Source: Schmidtea nova
Lineage: Eukaryota
Assembly: GCA_044892505.1 (NCBI GenBank)
Contig: CM097882.1
Span: 25,482,001 to 25,546,000, forward strand
DNA: 64,000 nucleotides
Direction of reading: 5' to 3'
How positions within the stretch are numbered: position 1 is the first letter of the stretch; every line of letters begins with the position of its first letter. The translations under genes were made by a program, and so were the position numbers. Of this stretch, positions 1 through 11,900 are shown in pieces. The notes beneath the pieces were generated by a model. It saw only the letters and a program-made list of their open reading frames with translations. It ran no database searches and was not told the origin of the DNA.

Positions 1-268
1 AGTGTTGAAATCGTCTAAATGTAAAATTTAATTATTGTCATAAATCAAGACATTTTAATCATCGATAATCAACGGAAAATGGAAATCTGATATATCGTAG
101 TTTACTACAGAAGATGATGAAAATAATCCACGAAAGGAAACAGTGTAAATTAGGTGTTGAAAATGTTGAAAAAGAGGTATATGCTAATAATAATGGTAAC
201 TGTGAGTGTGTAATAGATAATGGTTAAAGACAGATGGTGATTGTATCATAATCACTATTCCATTAGAG

Positions 269-1069
269 ATGTCTCCATCATCACACGACGACAGAATTGA
301 ATTGATTAATTTACACAATGAGGGCTACAGCGTACAAATGCTCACGCATTTCACATTTATTAATTTTTACATTCTTATGTTTAACGTCTTGTGAAAAAAG
401 ATCGCTGTCTTCGTCGACTGTATGTAAGACTCCCACCAGGTACCTAGACAATTGCAACAACGATGGCCAACAGGATATGGTGTATCCGCTACTGCTCGAA
501 CGGTTAGAAACAGATTAATCAGCATGGAACTTCATGGCAGAATCGGTCAAAGGAAACCATTAATCAGTGCAGTGAACCGACACCAACGTGTAGCTTGGGC
601 AAAAGCGAAGAAGAATGGAATATCGAGTGATTGTGAGCAGTGTTTCTTCAATGATAAAACTGTCATTCAACTCTTTTCTAACAATCGACGCTATATCCGC
701 TGCTCAAAAAGTCAACTTTTGAAACCTCAAAATGTCCATCCATGGGTTCATTCGGGTTGTGACTCAGTCGTGGTGTGTAGTGGATTCGCAGGAGTTGGTG
801 TAACAGCCTGACTCGTGTTGATGGGAACATAAACCCTTCCGCTTACATCGCCATCCTTCAGTTGCATTTATTTACACTACAGCTACCACAATTCACTATC
901 ACATTTCAACAACATAATAAAAAAGTTGATTATTGGATTTTCAATTATGGATTGACTTCCAGTCACCCGATTTAAACCACGATGAGAATATTTGGGCTGA
1001 TATTAAGCAACAATTACAGAACCGTGAAATTCATGGGAAAGAACTATCAACAAATATCGAATGAATACC
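269..1069 (+). pseudogene. Degenerate Tc1-like transposase (5' part; interrupted by the hAT element, resumes at ~3870-3950)
   Basis: Broken frames give Tc1 motifs: MSPSSHDDRIELINLHNEGYS (HTH), TARTVRNRL...RKPLIS, RVDGNINPSAYIAIL and QSPDLN.ENIWADIKQ. After the hAT the frame continues ...TIPS.IASITDVHGSITLF*, matching the Tc1 C-terminal SMPRRIAAVIKAKG. Confidence 0.8.
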
Positions 1070-1077
1070 CTACTGAC

Positions 1078-3861
1078 TAGTGATTGCAAAAACGGTTACC
1101 CGATTAATCGATTAATCGACCAATTTTAGCAAACCAATTAATCGTTTTAACCGTCTTAAAAATCGATTATTCATATTTTACATTTTTTTCGATAATATTC
1201 TTTCCAAAATATTTCTAATCAAGAATTCCATAAAAATTTTCCGCGGAATTGTGCATTTACATGAATTTTAATTTTTTTCCTACAATATTTCCAATGAATT
1301 TTGTAGAAAAAATTTTCCGTATAATTTTCTATACAAAATTTTTGTGTACAATATTTTTTTCAAATATATTTTTTTCGGCATTGAGTACAGTAGGCATAAT
1401 TATTATTGTCAAAAATGTTTATTTGTAGTGTGAATTAGTAAAAGTATTGTACTTGTGTTTTTAAATATAAATTTAATATTATACAATTTGCAGCAAATGT
1501 AAGTTTTAAGCATAAAAATCAAACATTATATTTGTATCAATATATGAAATTATTATTAGGGTATTAATTTAATTGTTTTTTTAGTTTTAAGATAAAAACT
1601 CTTGGTCTTCTTAATAATGGAATCAAATTTCCAACCAACTGAAAAAAACAAAACAAGCTCTGAGTTACACAATATATGGCATTTCTTCGAGTATAACAAA
1701 ATCAATCAGTCAGCAAAATGTAAAAAATGCATGAAGGTGTTAAAGTGCTATGGTAGATCAACAAGTTCTTTGCATTCGCATTTAAAAACTGCACACAGTA
1801 TCAATGCCTTAAAAAGAACTACAACGGGTAAAAATTGTTTGGAAGTTGAATCTTCTTTCTGCTCTCAAAGCTCATCATTAACAAATTTTTTCCGAAATAA
1901 AACTGATGACTCTCTAGCAGCAATTATTTCAAGAATGACTGCGAAGGACGGGATTCCACTATCGATGTTTTGTACTTCGTCTGATTTAAGAAAACTTTTA
2001 AGTGCAAAAGGGTTTCAGAATGTTCCTAAATCTCCCAACACAATAAGACGATTGATTGTTAGTTACTCAAAAAAAATACGAGATGAAGTTGTAAATGAAA
2101 TATCGCACTATAAAGAGAGAGGTGGAAGATTCAGCCTCTCATTCGATGAGTGGACATCAAGTCGAAATAGAAGATACTTAAATATAAATGCTCATTCAAA
2201 TTGCGTAGGACAATTCTGGAATTTAGGTTTGGCCCGTGTTGTAGGAAGTTTACCCGCTGAAAAGTGTGTTGATCTTCTTTTGGAAAAGTTATGTGTTTTT
2301 AACATTTCAATGGAAAAAGATGTTGTTTGCATAACCACAGATGGAGCCGCCGTCATGAAAAAGGTTGGAAGACTGATTCCTGTTTCGCAGCAGCTTTGTT
2401 TTGCGCATGCGATACAGTTAGCAGTCTTAGGTGTGTTATACCGTAATAACTCGTTTGATGTTGCTGAAGTGGAGGATTTACCCGAAAACGAAGAAGATTC
2501 AACTGATGAAGATTCTGATGATAAAAATAGTAACAATCTGAACTACAATTTTGATGTAGTTATTGGCAATAAAGTAATTCCGATTTCTCACCACCGACTC
2601 ATGCCACTGATAGCAAAGGTACGCAAAGTAATCAGAATATTTCGGCTTTCTCCAACAAGAAATGACGATATATTGCAAAAGTACGTGAAAGCTGAATTTG
2701 GAAAAGAAATCATGTTGATTTTGGACTCAAAAACTCGATGGAACAGCCTACTGACTATGTTGGATCTTTTTTTAAAATTGAAATCAGCTATTCAGAAAGC
2801 TTTGATCGATATTAAATCAAGTTATCTGTTTTCTGTAGATGAATTCAACCTGCTGTCCGAAACTGTTGCTACGCTTACTCCAATTAAATTTGCACTCGAA
2901 GCTCTCTGCCGTCGAGATGCTAATTTATTGACTGCAGAAGCAACGTTGAAATTCCTGCTAAGCACGCTGGAAAAAATGAACTACAGTCTTGCAATTGAAA
3001 TGAAGGATGCATTAGAATTACGAATTAAAGAAAGGCGGACCGATTTATCAGGTTTGTTGCAGTACTTGCACAGTGGTTATGCTAATACTTCCTCTTCAAC
3101 CACTGACATATTTCCTGCTTTGAAGAAAAGCATAGTCAAGAAACTCTTATTGGATATGGTGCAACGATTATTTAAATCAGATAACGAACCTGACGTACTA
3201 GAACAGCAACGCAGCGAGGAAGATGTTGGTATGGAAGTATCAATAGTAGAAGAAACCGAAAACGAAGCTGACACAATCAAGCAACAAATGCAACGAGCTA
3301 TTGATAAGCATTTGGCTGTGCCTGAAAAACGAACCACTTTTTCTTACACTTCTTCAATAATCGAAAAAACTTTAAAACGTGAGCTTGCTCAGTTTGAAGA
3401 TGATGGACATCGCGGTAAATGGTTGGATCTCTGTTATAATACATTGAAATCAATTCCTCCTACAAGCGTGGAATCAGAGAGGGCATTTTCTGTATCAGGA
3501 AACTTCTGTACCAAACTCAGATCACGATTAAGTGATAAAACCATAGATGACTTATGCTTTCTACGTGGTCACTTCAATAAAATTTAGAAAACATGTCTTC
3601 ACAATTTTTAAAATGAATTTTTTATTTATGTTTTGTTAATGAATTATATTTTTTTTCTTTTTTTTTAAATAAATATTATATATTCTAAATTTAAAAACAT
3701 GGTAAAATAAAAATATTTGCTAGAGGGAAATATTTCGACAAGAAATAATTTCACAAAACAATTCCTTTTAAAAAACCGATTAAAAACCGATTAATCGGTT
3801 TTTGTAAAACCAAAACCGAAAAAATCGGTTTTGACTTTAACTATAGTTTTTTCAATCACTA
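1078..3861 (+). mobile_element. Full-length hAT DNA transposon (2784 bp)
   Basis: TIRs TAGTGATTGCAAAAAC / GTTTTTTCAATCACTA (15/16 match), perfect 8-bp TSD CTACTGAC (1070-1077 and 3862-3869), subterminal CGATTAATCG/AAACCGA repeats and an intact transposase ORF. Confidence 0.95.
1617..3587 (+). CDS. hAT transposase, ~656 aa, uninterrupted
   Basis: BED finger (IWHFF...CKKC...LHSHLKTAH), SLSFDEW, ITTDGA, CFAH, TRWNS and C-terminal dimerisation motif SVESERAFS. First ATG at 1617; the ORF track starts at TTG 1602. Confidence 0.93.
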   Translation: MESNFQPTEKNKTSSELHNIWHFFEYNKINQSAKCKKCMKVLKCYGRSTSSLHSHLKTAHSINALKRTTTGKNCLEVESSFCSQSSSLTNFFRNKTDDSLAAIISRMTAKDGIPLSMFCTSSDLRKLLSAKGFQNVPKSPNTIRRLIVSYSKKIRDEVVNEISHYKERGGRFSLSFDEWTSSRNRRYLNINAHSNCVGQFWNLGLARVVGSLPAEKCVDLLLEKLCVFNISMEKDVVCITTDGAAVMKKVGRLIPVSQQLCFAHAIQLAVLGVLYRNNSFDVAEVEDLPENEEDSTDEDSDDKNSNNLNYNFDVVIGNKVIPISHHRLMPLIAKVRKVIRIFRLSPTRNDDILQKYVKAEFGKEIMLILDSKTRWNSLLTMLDLFLKLKSAIQKALIDIKSSYLFSVDEFNLLSETVATLTPIKFALEALCRRDANLLTAEATLKFLLSTLEKMNYSLAIEMKDALELRIKERRTDLSGLLQYLHSGYANTSSSTTDIFPALKKSIVKKLLLDMVQRLFKSDNEPDVLEQQRSEEDVGMEVSIVEETENEADTIKQQMQRAIDKHLAVPEKRTTFSYTSSIIEKTLKRELAQFEDDGHRGKWLDLCYNTLKSIPPTSVESERAFSVSGNFCTKLRSRLSDKTIDDLCFLRGHFNKI

Positions 3862-4047
3862 CTACTGACTATATTACAAAGTTTCCACGCACAATACCAT
3901 CATGAATTGCCTCTATCACTGATGTTCATGGCTCGATTACACTATTTTAGTAAATAGATACTCTTTTTGTAGGAGCCGCGTTTCTTTTTTTTCAGGTAAT
4001 TATGGAAAAATTCTGTCATCAGGTTGTTTTTTATATTAAGCATTAAA

Positions 4048-4943
4048 ATGGCAGAAAATAAGGAGCATTTCCGACATTATGATTTTGTTATGTGTGGAAG
4101 GGCGAGAATGCTTCACACACGAAAAAAGAAATGTACTGTATACGGTGATGGTGGCGTTGACGATTCAGTGTGCTGTATGTGGTTCAGAAAGTTTCGTGAA
4201 AACAATTCTAATCTTAGCGATATAGCACGTTATAAAACGACTGACTGAAGTTGCTGGAGACGAAATATTGGCACTAATTGAAAGTGATTAGCAAAGAGCA
4301 ATTTGAGAGATCGGATAAATTATTGGAGTCAACTTGTCAAGGCTATTACTTTAACTTGGAATGGTTTGCAAGACCAATGTATGATAGACTGAATTTCTGT
4401 TAGCGATTATCTATTGAAGTGCAACTACACCGATCCATTTTTAAAGTTGATTAACAGGATTGTGTATAACAATGTTAAGCTTAAAAGATCAAAGTATAAG
4501 CAGGGAGATGTTCCTTCAACACCTGCCAAAGTCAGTTGACAACTATGCATTTGGTGGAACTGGAAAGAAGTCGTTTATTATGAACTGCTATCTGTAAACC
4601 GGACCAATTATTTAGAGAAATATTGATCACAACTAAATGAATTAAAGCAAGCAATCGAACAAAAGCGCCCTGAATTAGCCAAGAGAAAGGGCACCAGGTT
4701 CCATTAAGACAAAACCAGGCCATGTTTTTGGACACCCGGCACAAACTTTTACAACTTGACTTTGATGTCTTAGGCCATACCATTTACTTACAACGCTCCA
4801 AAACAGCTTTGATGGCAATCACTTTATCCATTGTAAAACTTGAAAAATCACCTGTATCAGTTTTTAGCCAGAAGCTTCAGAGCTTCTTTGAGAACGGGAT
4901 TACGCTACTACCAGAGAAACAAAATTTTCTTCAATTTTTGTAG
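4048..4943 (+). pseudogene. Degenerate mariner transposase
   Basis: Fragments MAENKEHFRH, VYGDGGV...WFRKFRE, CIWWNWK.VVYYELL, LKQAIEQKRPELAKRKG, separated by many stops and frameshifts. Confidence 0.8.
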
Positions 4944-7900
4944 TGTTTAAATCTGTTTTTCAACTTTGTCACTCTAATTCAAGACGGATTTGAATTGAAT
5001 GACCTTCTTTACTTTTTAAAAATAGTTTAGTTAGATCTTTATTTTGATACCAAATATTATTGGGCAATGTTTTACTACTTTTATGCGTATTTAAGTATTT
5101 ATAAAGTTTCCAAAAAAGTGTTTCATACCAAAACTAGCATCTAATTGCTCGGTTGTTGGTGGAATTTAAAATCTACCAATTAATTCTCTGTTAATTAAAT
5201 CTCTGGCCCAATAGACTTCGACTCTTCTTTTTCGATTAATTCTTGTTTTGCTACGCTCAATTTAATCTTCTCAAATTGACTCAATGAGTTTCTTTTCGAA
5301 TCTCCTCTACTACAATTTCGATTTCTCCAATTTAATTTACTCCTTTCTAACTTTTCCTTTTCTTATTTTTTATTTCTCCTATCTGAATTCTAATTCAGCT
5401 ACTGTGGTTTCTCCCTTTTATATCTTGTCATTCTCTAGAACTTTTTTTTTGTTTTTTCATTTCTTTTCCTGTAGCATACTTTCTTTATAGCTCCATCATT
5501 ATCTATGATAACTGTCGAAATATATCGTTCTTTTCTTTTGTTCCACTTTTCCCCCGCACTCTTGATATTTCTGACAAACTGTCAAGATATGAATTTTCCT
5601 CTTGTTTTTGTTTTCCAATGTTAGAATTTCTTTTTCCCTTTTTGCACTTATTAATTATCCATGACCCTTTTTTGCTTTATTGTTCGATTTCTTTTATTTT
5701 GCTAATACTTTCTCATTTCGCAATTTTTGCTCTTCGTTCTTCTTGTCCATGTTCCAGAAATCGTCCCGTTTACCCTGTCAATTTTTTTATTTATTTACGA
5801 TATTATTTAATTTTATTATTTAGTTATCCTCAACACAATTAATGAAATATAATTCAAAGTTCTAACTTTTCGAATTTTTGTTTTCTTTATAAAAATCCCG
5901 CCTGGAAAAGGTAATATTGTTACAGAGTGACCGATATTTCCAACCCAAACATTAATAAATTATCAGACACATTAGGTAGAGCACAATATGTTTGCATTAG
6001 TGATTAATGGAATGCTTACTGAGTAAATAATTAAAAATTAATATTCTGCGGCTCCTGGTGCAAATGGAATTAGACGAGTATATTTAGACGATATCCTTAT
6101 GTTTTCAATAGAATTACATGATCAATGCAATAATATTGAATTTGACTTATAAATTTGAAAACAAATTCCTAATGTCGTTTTAAAAAAATGTAAAAAACTG
6201 CTATGGAAAATGTATTAAAGATAATAGAGAAGATTCAAAAAAACTTAGAAAAATCAGGTGAAAATGCCTTTTGAATACTTAAGGATAAATTTTATTAATG
6301 TTAATCCAGTTATCAAATTCCCAGATACTAGATTTGATTGGATTGCGATGTTTTTTTGGAGATCAGTTAAAAGTGCTATGTGAAAATATGTGAAGAATTC
6401 AAAGGGGAAATAAAGACATTTTTTCCATAATTTTAAAAGAAATTACCAAAGTAAAACCGTAAAAGATTATGAAACAATTTTTGGGTTACGCGGGTGAAAA
6501 GCATCTAATTTCCTGCATTCGATTTAAAGAATATAACAAAATATAAAATGTAATCAATCAATATACTAGTAAAGAACAGTGAAATGTTGATTTATAATTA
6601 AAATGCATAAGAATATAAAAAATAATAGGATAATTCAAGGATTTCCAATCATTTTTGCTTGTGGACTTCCATCAAAACTTCTATGGACCCCCATTTGGAA
6701 ACGCTGATTTAGATTTTCTATGGAAGGAGATTTTTTCGCGTCAACTAAAGAAAGTTCGAGAAAATATTAGTATCTTTTAACGGTGAATTTTTTGACTTTT
6801 AAATGTTTATTGTTGGACAGCAATGACAAATTTCCTCATAGAACCTGAGTTGACGGAGAAGATTAGGCCAACAACCATGGATAGATGGTACCCACCAAGC
6901 ACCGAGTCCGAGAAATTAGAACCACACACAACCAAGTCAAATTCAACAGATAAGTTTACTAAACGTAGTCGTAAGATCGCGAAGCAGAGACGGAATTCAC
7001 GGAAACAACAATTTGAGATGCAACTCTCACGCCAAATGGAATTCTTTAATGGATTGTCCGAACATGATCAGTTAAAAGAAAGTGTTATATTTAGATGTAG
7101 TGTATATGTCGTAGGATATAGGAGTACCATAGACATATCTGATTATAATGACCTTGAGTAGAAATAAAGGTAATAGTAGTGATGGAAGGCTGAAGGAAAG
7201 GGTACGACCGAAGTTAGGCCAAAAATTGTGACCAGTATCGGCGTTAAGAGAGAGAACCTAAGGTCTTCTATCGACTTAGATGAACCCATAAAGAGGAAAT
7301 TAGTAAGGAGTAGTCGTAGTAACACAGCTCACTTGTCTATAAAGACTCGAAAGAAATGAAGCACATTACGAACGCCAGTGTCAAGAATGATCGTGGGTAC
7401 ATGCATGAGGGACGTAAAGTGTCTTCTGTGTGAAGGGAAAATCGAAATCAGAAGTTACTAACCCCAGAAATTAACCCGACACACTAACAATATTTTGTCA
7501 TGAACACTTAAAATACAAATGCATTTCTCATGGAACCCACAAAGCTTCTATGGATTTCGGTTGGGAAACGCTGACACAGTTGAACATGTTATGCCTTTTA
7601 TAATAAGGAATATTGAAATTTTCTTCACTTTAAAAGGCTATTCTAAAAACATATTACACAAACAAGGCTGATCTCTCGATATTCAATCTCTTTATCACAG
7701 GATCCAAACGATTTCCAGAGATTATTTTCAGCTTTCGATCTATTTAATTGTTTTATATTCATTTCTAAAATGTTGAAATATTGACACGATGAATTTTTCT
7801 GACACTTTTGGAGATAAACCAATTAACTTTTAACAAGTATTATTCAGCTCAAGAAATCGCGGAGGAAATTTTTCATTTAAATATATCACTAGATTCCACA

Positions 7901-8405
7901 CTACATTCAAGTTCAGGAAGATCTCGGCTGAACTAATGATCTTTTCTGCTCTACAAAGTAGAAAACCGTTCGATACGACTAGATACGGGTTTTCTACATT
8001 GTAGAGCAGTATTGTTGCTAAATGATACAAAAATGGGATATACATTTTGCTAGTTATAAAGCCATTTATTTTTTAGCAACTAGAAAATTGATGACAGTTT
8101 CTCAATCAATATTAATAGGCTTTAGCTTCCAATATTTAGCTAGATCATCAAAACTTCAACGATTCATTAAAAATACCGAGTTCTGATTCAACTCCTAAAT
8201 CCCAACTTGAACCCTTTGAAATTAGAAAAAAATAATAGAAAATATAAGCTATTTAACAAAAAATCAGCAAAAAAAAAACAAATTTAACGTATTTATCCAC
8301 AAATAAATTATTAATTGTAAATCAAATCATGAAATTATATTTTAAGGTTATTTTTTTTTGTACTTTAAAATATTGTGAACTTAAATATACCTCAAATATA
8401 ATACA

Positions 8406-8850
8406 AAGCACTAATAGTGATAAAATCAATAAATAACCAACTATGTTGAATTTACATAGTTGGCGTTTTTCTATTATAAAATCAATAAAAGCCCTAATAG
8501 TGATAAAATCAATAAAAGCACTGATAATGATAAAATCAATAAAAGCACCAATAGTGATAAAATCAATAAATAACCAACTATGTTGAATTTATTTAGTTGT
8601 CGTTTTTTCTATTATAAATTCAATAAAAGCCCTAATAGTGATAAAATCAATAAAAGCACTGATAATGATAAAATCAATAAAAGCACCAATAGTGATAAAA
8701 TCAATAAATAACCAACTATGTTGAATTTATTTAGTTGTCGTTTTTTCTATTATAAATTCAATAAAAGCCCTAATAGTGATAAATTCAATAAAAGACCTAA
8801 TGTGATAAAATCAATAAAAGACCTAATAGTGATAAAATCAATAAAAGCAC
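8406..8850. repeat. 27-bp minisatellite (aaaagcactaatagtgataaaatcaat) with ~137-bp higher-order repeat
   Basis: Direct tandem copies visible; the taaccaactatgttgaattt block recurs at ~8434, ~8571 and ~8709. Confidence 0.9.
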
Positions 8851-8902
8851 TTAAAAATCACCAAATGCATTAAAAAGAGTTATTATTATAAATATATATT
8901 CT

Positions 8903-11900
8903 CTATAAAATTGGTGTACCTGGAGTACTACTTGAGGGTTCTTCTTTGACTTTAGAAGCGTCTTCTTGCGATTCTGACCCGGAACTGTTTCCAGGAGAAA
9001 CATCTAACAGCGTTATACACATGTGACCGGAACATTTTGTCGGTGGATTACGATGGAATAAAATTAAAACTAATGGTTCATTGTAATGCATTGCTAATCG
9101 CGACGCAGCTTGTAAATATGCAAATTCATCTTTGATAATTTCTTCATTTCTCGCTTCAAAAAGTGCTCCAGTTCCAGTGATACTTATTCTGAATTGTATT
9201 GATTATGTATGGAGGTATTTTCCTAATGAATTTCTACTAACTTTAACTTGTTCTCACGTTCATCTTGACCATAAAAGTGCTTACTACACTGTTTAAATAA
9301 AGCAGATAATTTTCTACTGAAATTGTCAGTGCAGCTGATTATTTGTAACTGTTTCACTAGAGTAGTGATCAATTTATCCATGCTGAACCAAATATATCCA
9401 TGAATCCCAAACATTTCCCTCATTTTATCTTCAAAATTAGCTGTGTCTTCGCAGCTGTCGAGTAAATCTTTCACCAAATTAATTGCTTCTTGATAATAAT
9501 CTTCGGGATTTAATTGGTCTAAATAAATTTTCAATAAAGAGTTTTGTATAGAAATTCAAATAGAATTCGAGCCGTAAAATATCAATTGGAATTGTTCGAT
9601 GTTAAGTGTGCAATTAACTAGTCAAATTCAGAGAGATATGATTTATAATTCAAAATATCATAACTATCATAATAGCAAATAAAATTTATAAACAATAATG
9701 AATTCAAAATGATATTCAATATGATGGACTTGCTACCAATTGCGGATTTTATTGAAAGATAGCATTAGCTGAACTTTGAAGCGCGGTTATGCCTCAAGGT
9801 CATTTGATATGTTATTAGTTGGTACTCTATTAAACATTCAGTAGCAAACTTGCATCGACCTGCTGAAGAGTGTTTGTGTGACGTCGATTAAAATATAGTG
9901 AAACAAAACGATCATTATTGTCATATTTTTCGTTATTATTTTCGCAAAGGAAAAAATGTATCGCAAACTCAAAGGAGCCTTAAAAAAGGATGTCAGTGTC
10001 AAAATTAGTATGCTAATTTTCCTGATTTTTCACTCTAAGATAAGAAACACTCTGGGCTAACACACTAAATTTATGACAGCCAAGGATCGTCATAGTACAA
10101 CGCGCGTGATTGCAGAGATGCAAAATGTATCACAAACATGTATTGAAAAGCGTTTAAAACACTGGCTACCTATAAAAGCTCGATATATGGGTTCCTTACA
10201 AACTTAAAGAAATCATCTTAGCAAAACGCATTAGCATTTGCGATATGCTTTTTAAACTTAATGAAAATGAACCGATTTTGAAAAAGATTATAACTGGTGA
10301 TTAAAATTGGATTGTATACAACAATATGGTATGGAAAGGATAATGAAATCCAACCAGGTGAACCAGCGCACAAACAACCTCAAAAACTGATATTCAAACA
10401 AAAAAGGTCATGTTATCAGTTTGGTGGGATTACATTTTGAAATTTTACCTAATTTTAACGATCTATTCATATTTATACATCCAACAACTGACAACACTGT
10501 ATGATGCAATTCAAGAAAAGCGACTGTAATTGGCGAACCGGAAAGGATTGTTTTACATCATGGTAATGCTTGACCATTCAAAAAAATTATTGTATCTTGG
10601 TTGGAATGTGTTACCACATCTCTCATATAGTCCCGATATTGCACGTTCAGATTATTATTTATCTCGTTCTTTGCTTAATAATGAATCCCAAGTAAAATGG
10701 CAGTTGATACAGTTTTTTGTTGAGAAAAACCACAAATTTTATAAACATGACATTATGATGTTGCCTGACAATTGGCAAAAGGTCATTGATAATAATGGCC
10801 AATGCAATAGTTGATTAAAGTTATTTTGGGTTAAAAAATAATTGTTTTCTTTTATAGCACCGTAATTCTTTAGTTGCAGCCTATTAGTAGAAAATGTTAA
10901 ACAATTATCAAATGACACAATAAATCTTTCCAATGTTCTTTTTCAATTTAATTCAGCAATTTACACTATATATCGGAGCTTTCATTAAGGATGTCTTCTA
11001 TATGAAAAGAAATTTTTGTACACCTTCATATGTCTTATATTGAAGAAAATATTTAATAAAAATATTATATCACATATTGATTGGTCTGTTAAATTTGTAG
11101 ATCAGAGTCTATTTTATTAAACGTCCTAACATTAACTTTGATCATCCACATTGTCAACATATTTTTAACCCCCCTTTAAATTATTTTACTAAACTTGTGA
11201 ATTCAGTATTATAATTTGCATTTATTGACGTTTTTAAAATTTTCTTAGAAAATTTTTAACTTAAAAATGGAAAATTAGAAAAATTGAGAAAAAAATTATT
11301 AATAACATTTTTTATTTTCATCTTTTCTCTTTCAGAAATTTTTATTTTTCTAAAGACTAGATCAGTTTTTTAAAAACACGAATTTTTGATACGTCTTTTT
11401 TTAAAAACACGAATTTTTGACATGTCTTTTTTTAAAAACTTGATGAACATTAATAAAATTTATATAAAGTGCAATATAATGTGATTTAATCAATAAACAA
11501 ATATTATTAAAAAATATTGAGTAACAATAAAATAAAATTTATAAAGTGCAATATAATGTGATTTAATCAATAAACAAATATAATTAAAAATATTGATTAA
11601 TATTAAAGTAGAATTTATATAAAGTGCAACATAATGTGATTTAATTAATAAACAAATATAATTAAAAAAATATTATTATTATCAATAATTCTCATAATGA
11701 CTATAGATCAAAATTTTTTTTTTATAAACAATAACACAATATTTCGGCACAGCCTTTATCAAGTGTGTATTTCTATGTATTTTTATGTATTTTGATCTAT
11801 AGTCATTATGAGAATTATTGATAATAATAATAAAAAAAGATCAAAGGTGAAAAAAGATAATTATGATAAAAAAATATTGATTAATATTAAAGTAAAATTT

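Noticed and set aside
2192-3337. Minus-strand ORFs 2192-2536 and 3077-3337, and similar + strand ORFs over 36.2-41.5 kb and minus ORFs over 62.5-63.8 kb
   Set aside because: Antisense shadows of real coding regions, with no motifs.
5200-7570. Purine-skewed decayed ORF (5.2-5.85 kb, minus), possible hAT traces (5.9-6.7 kb) and the 112-aa ORF at 6823
   Set aside because: Only weak, fragmentary motifs; I could not assign a family or boundaries with confidence.
7830-8230. Additional 3' SIN3 exon
   Set aside because: No phase-compatible acceptor gave an open, SIN3-like frame; more likely decayed TE sequence.
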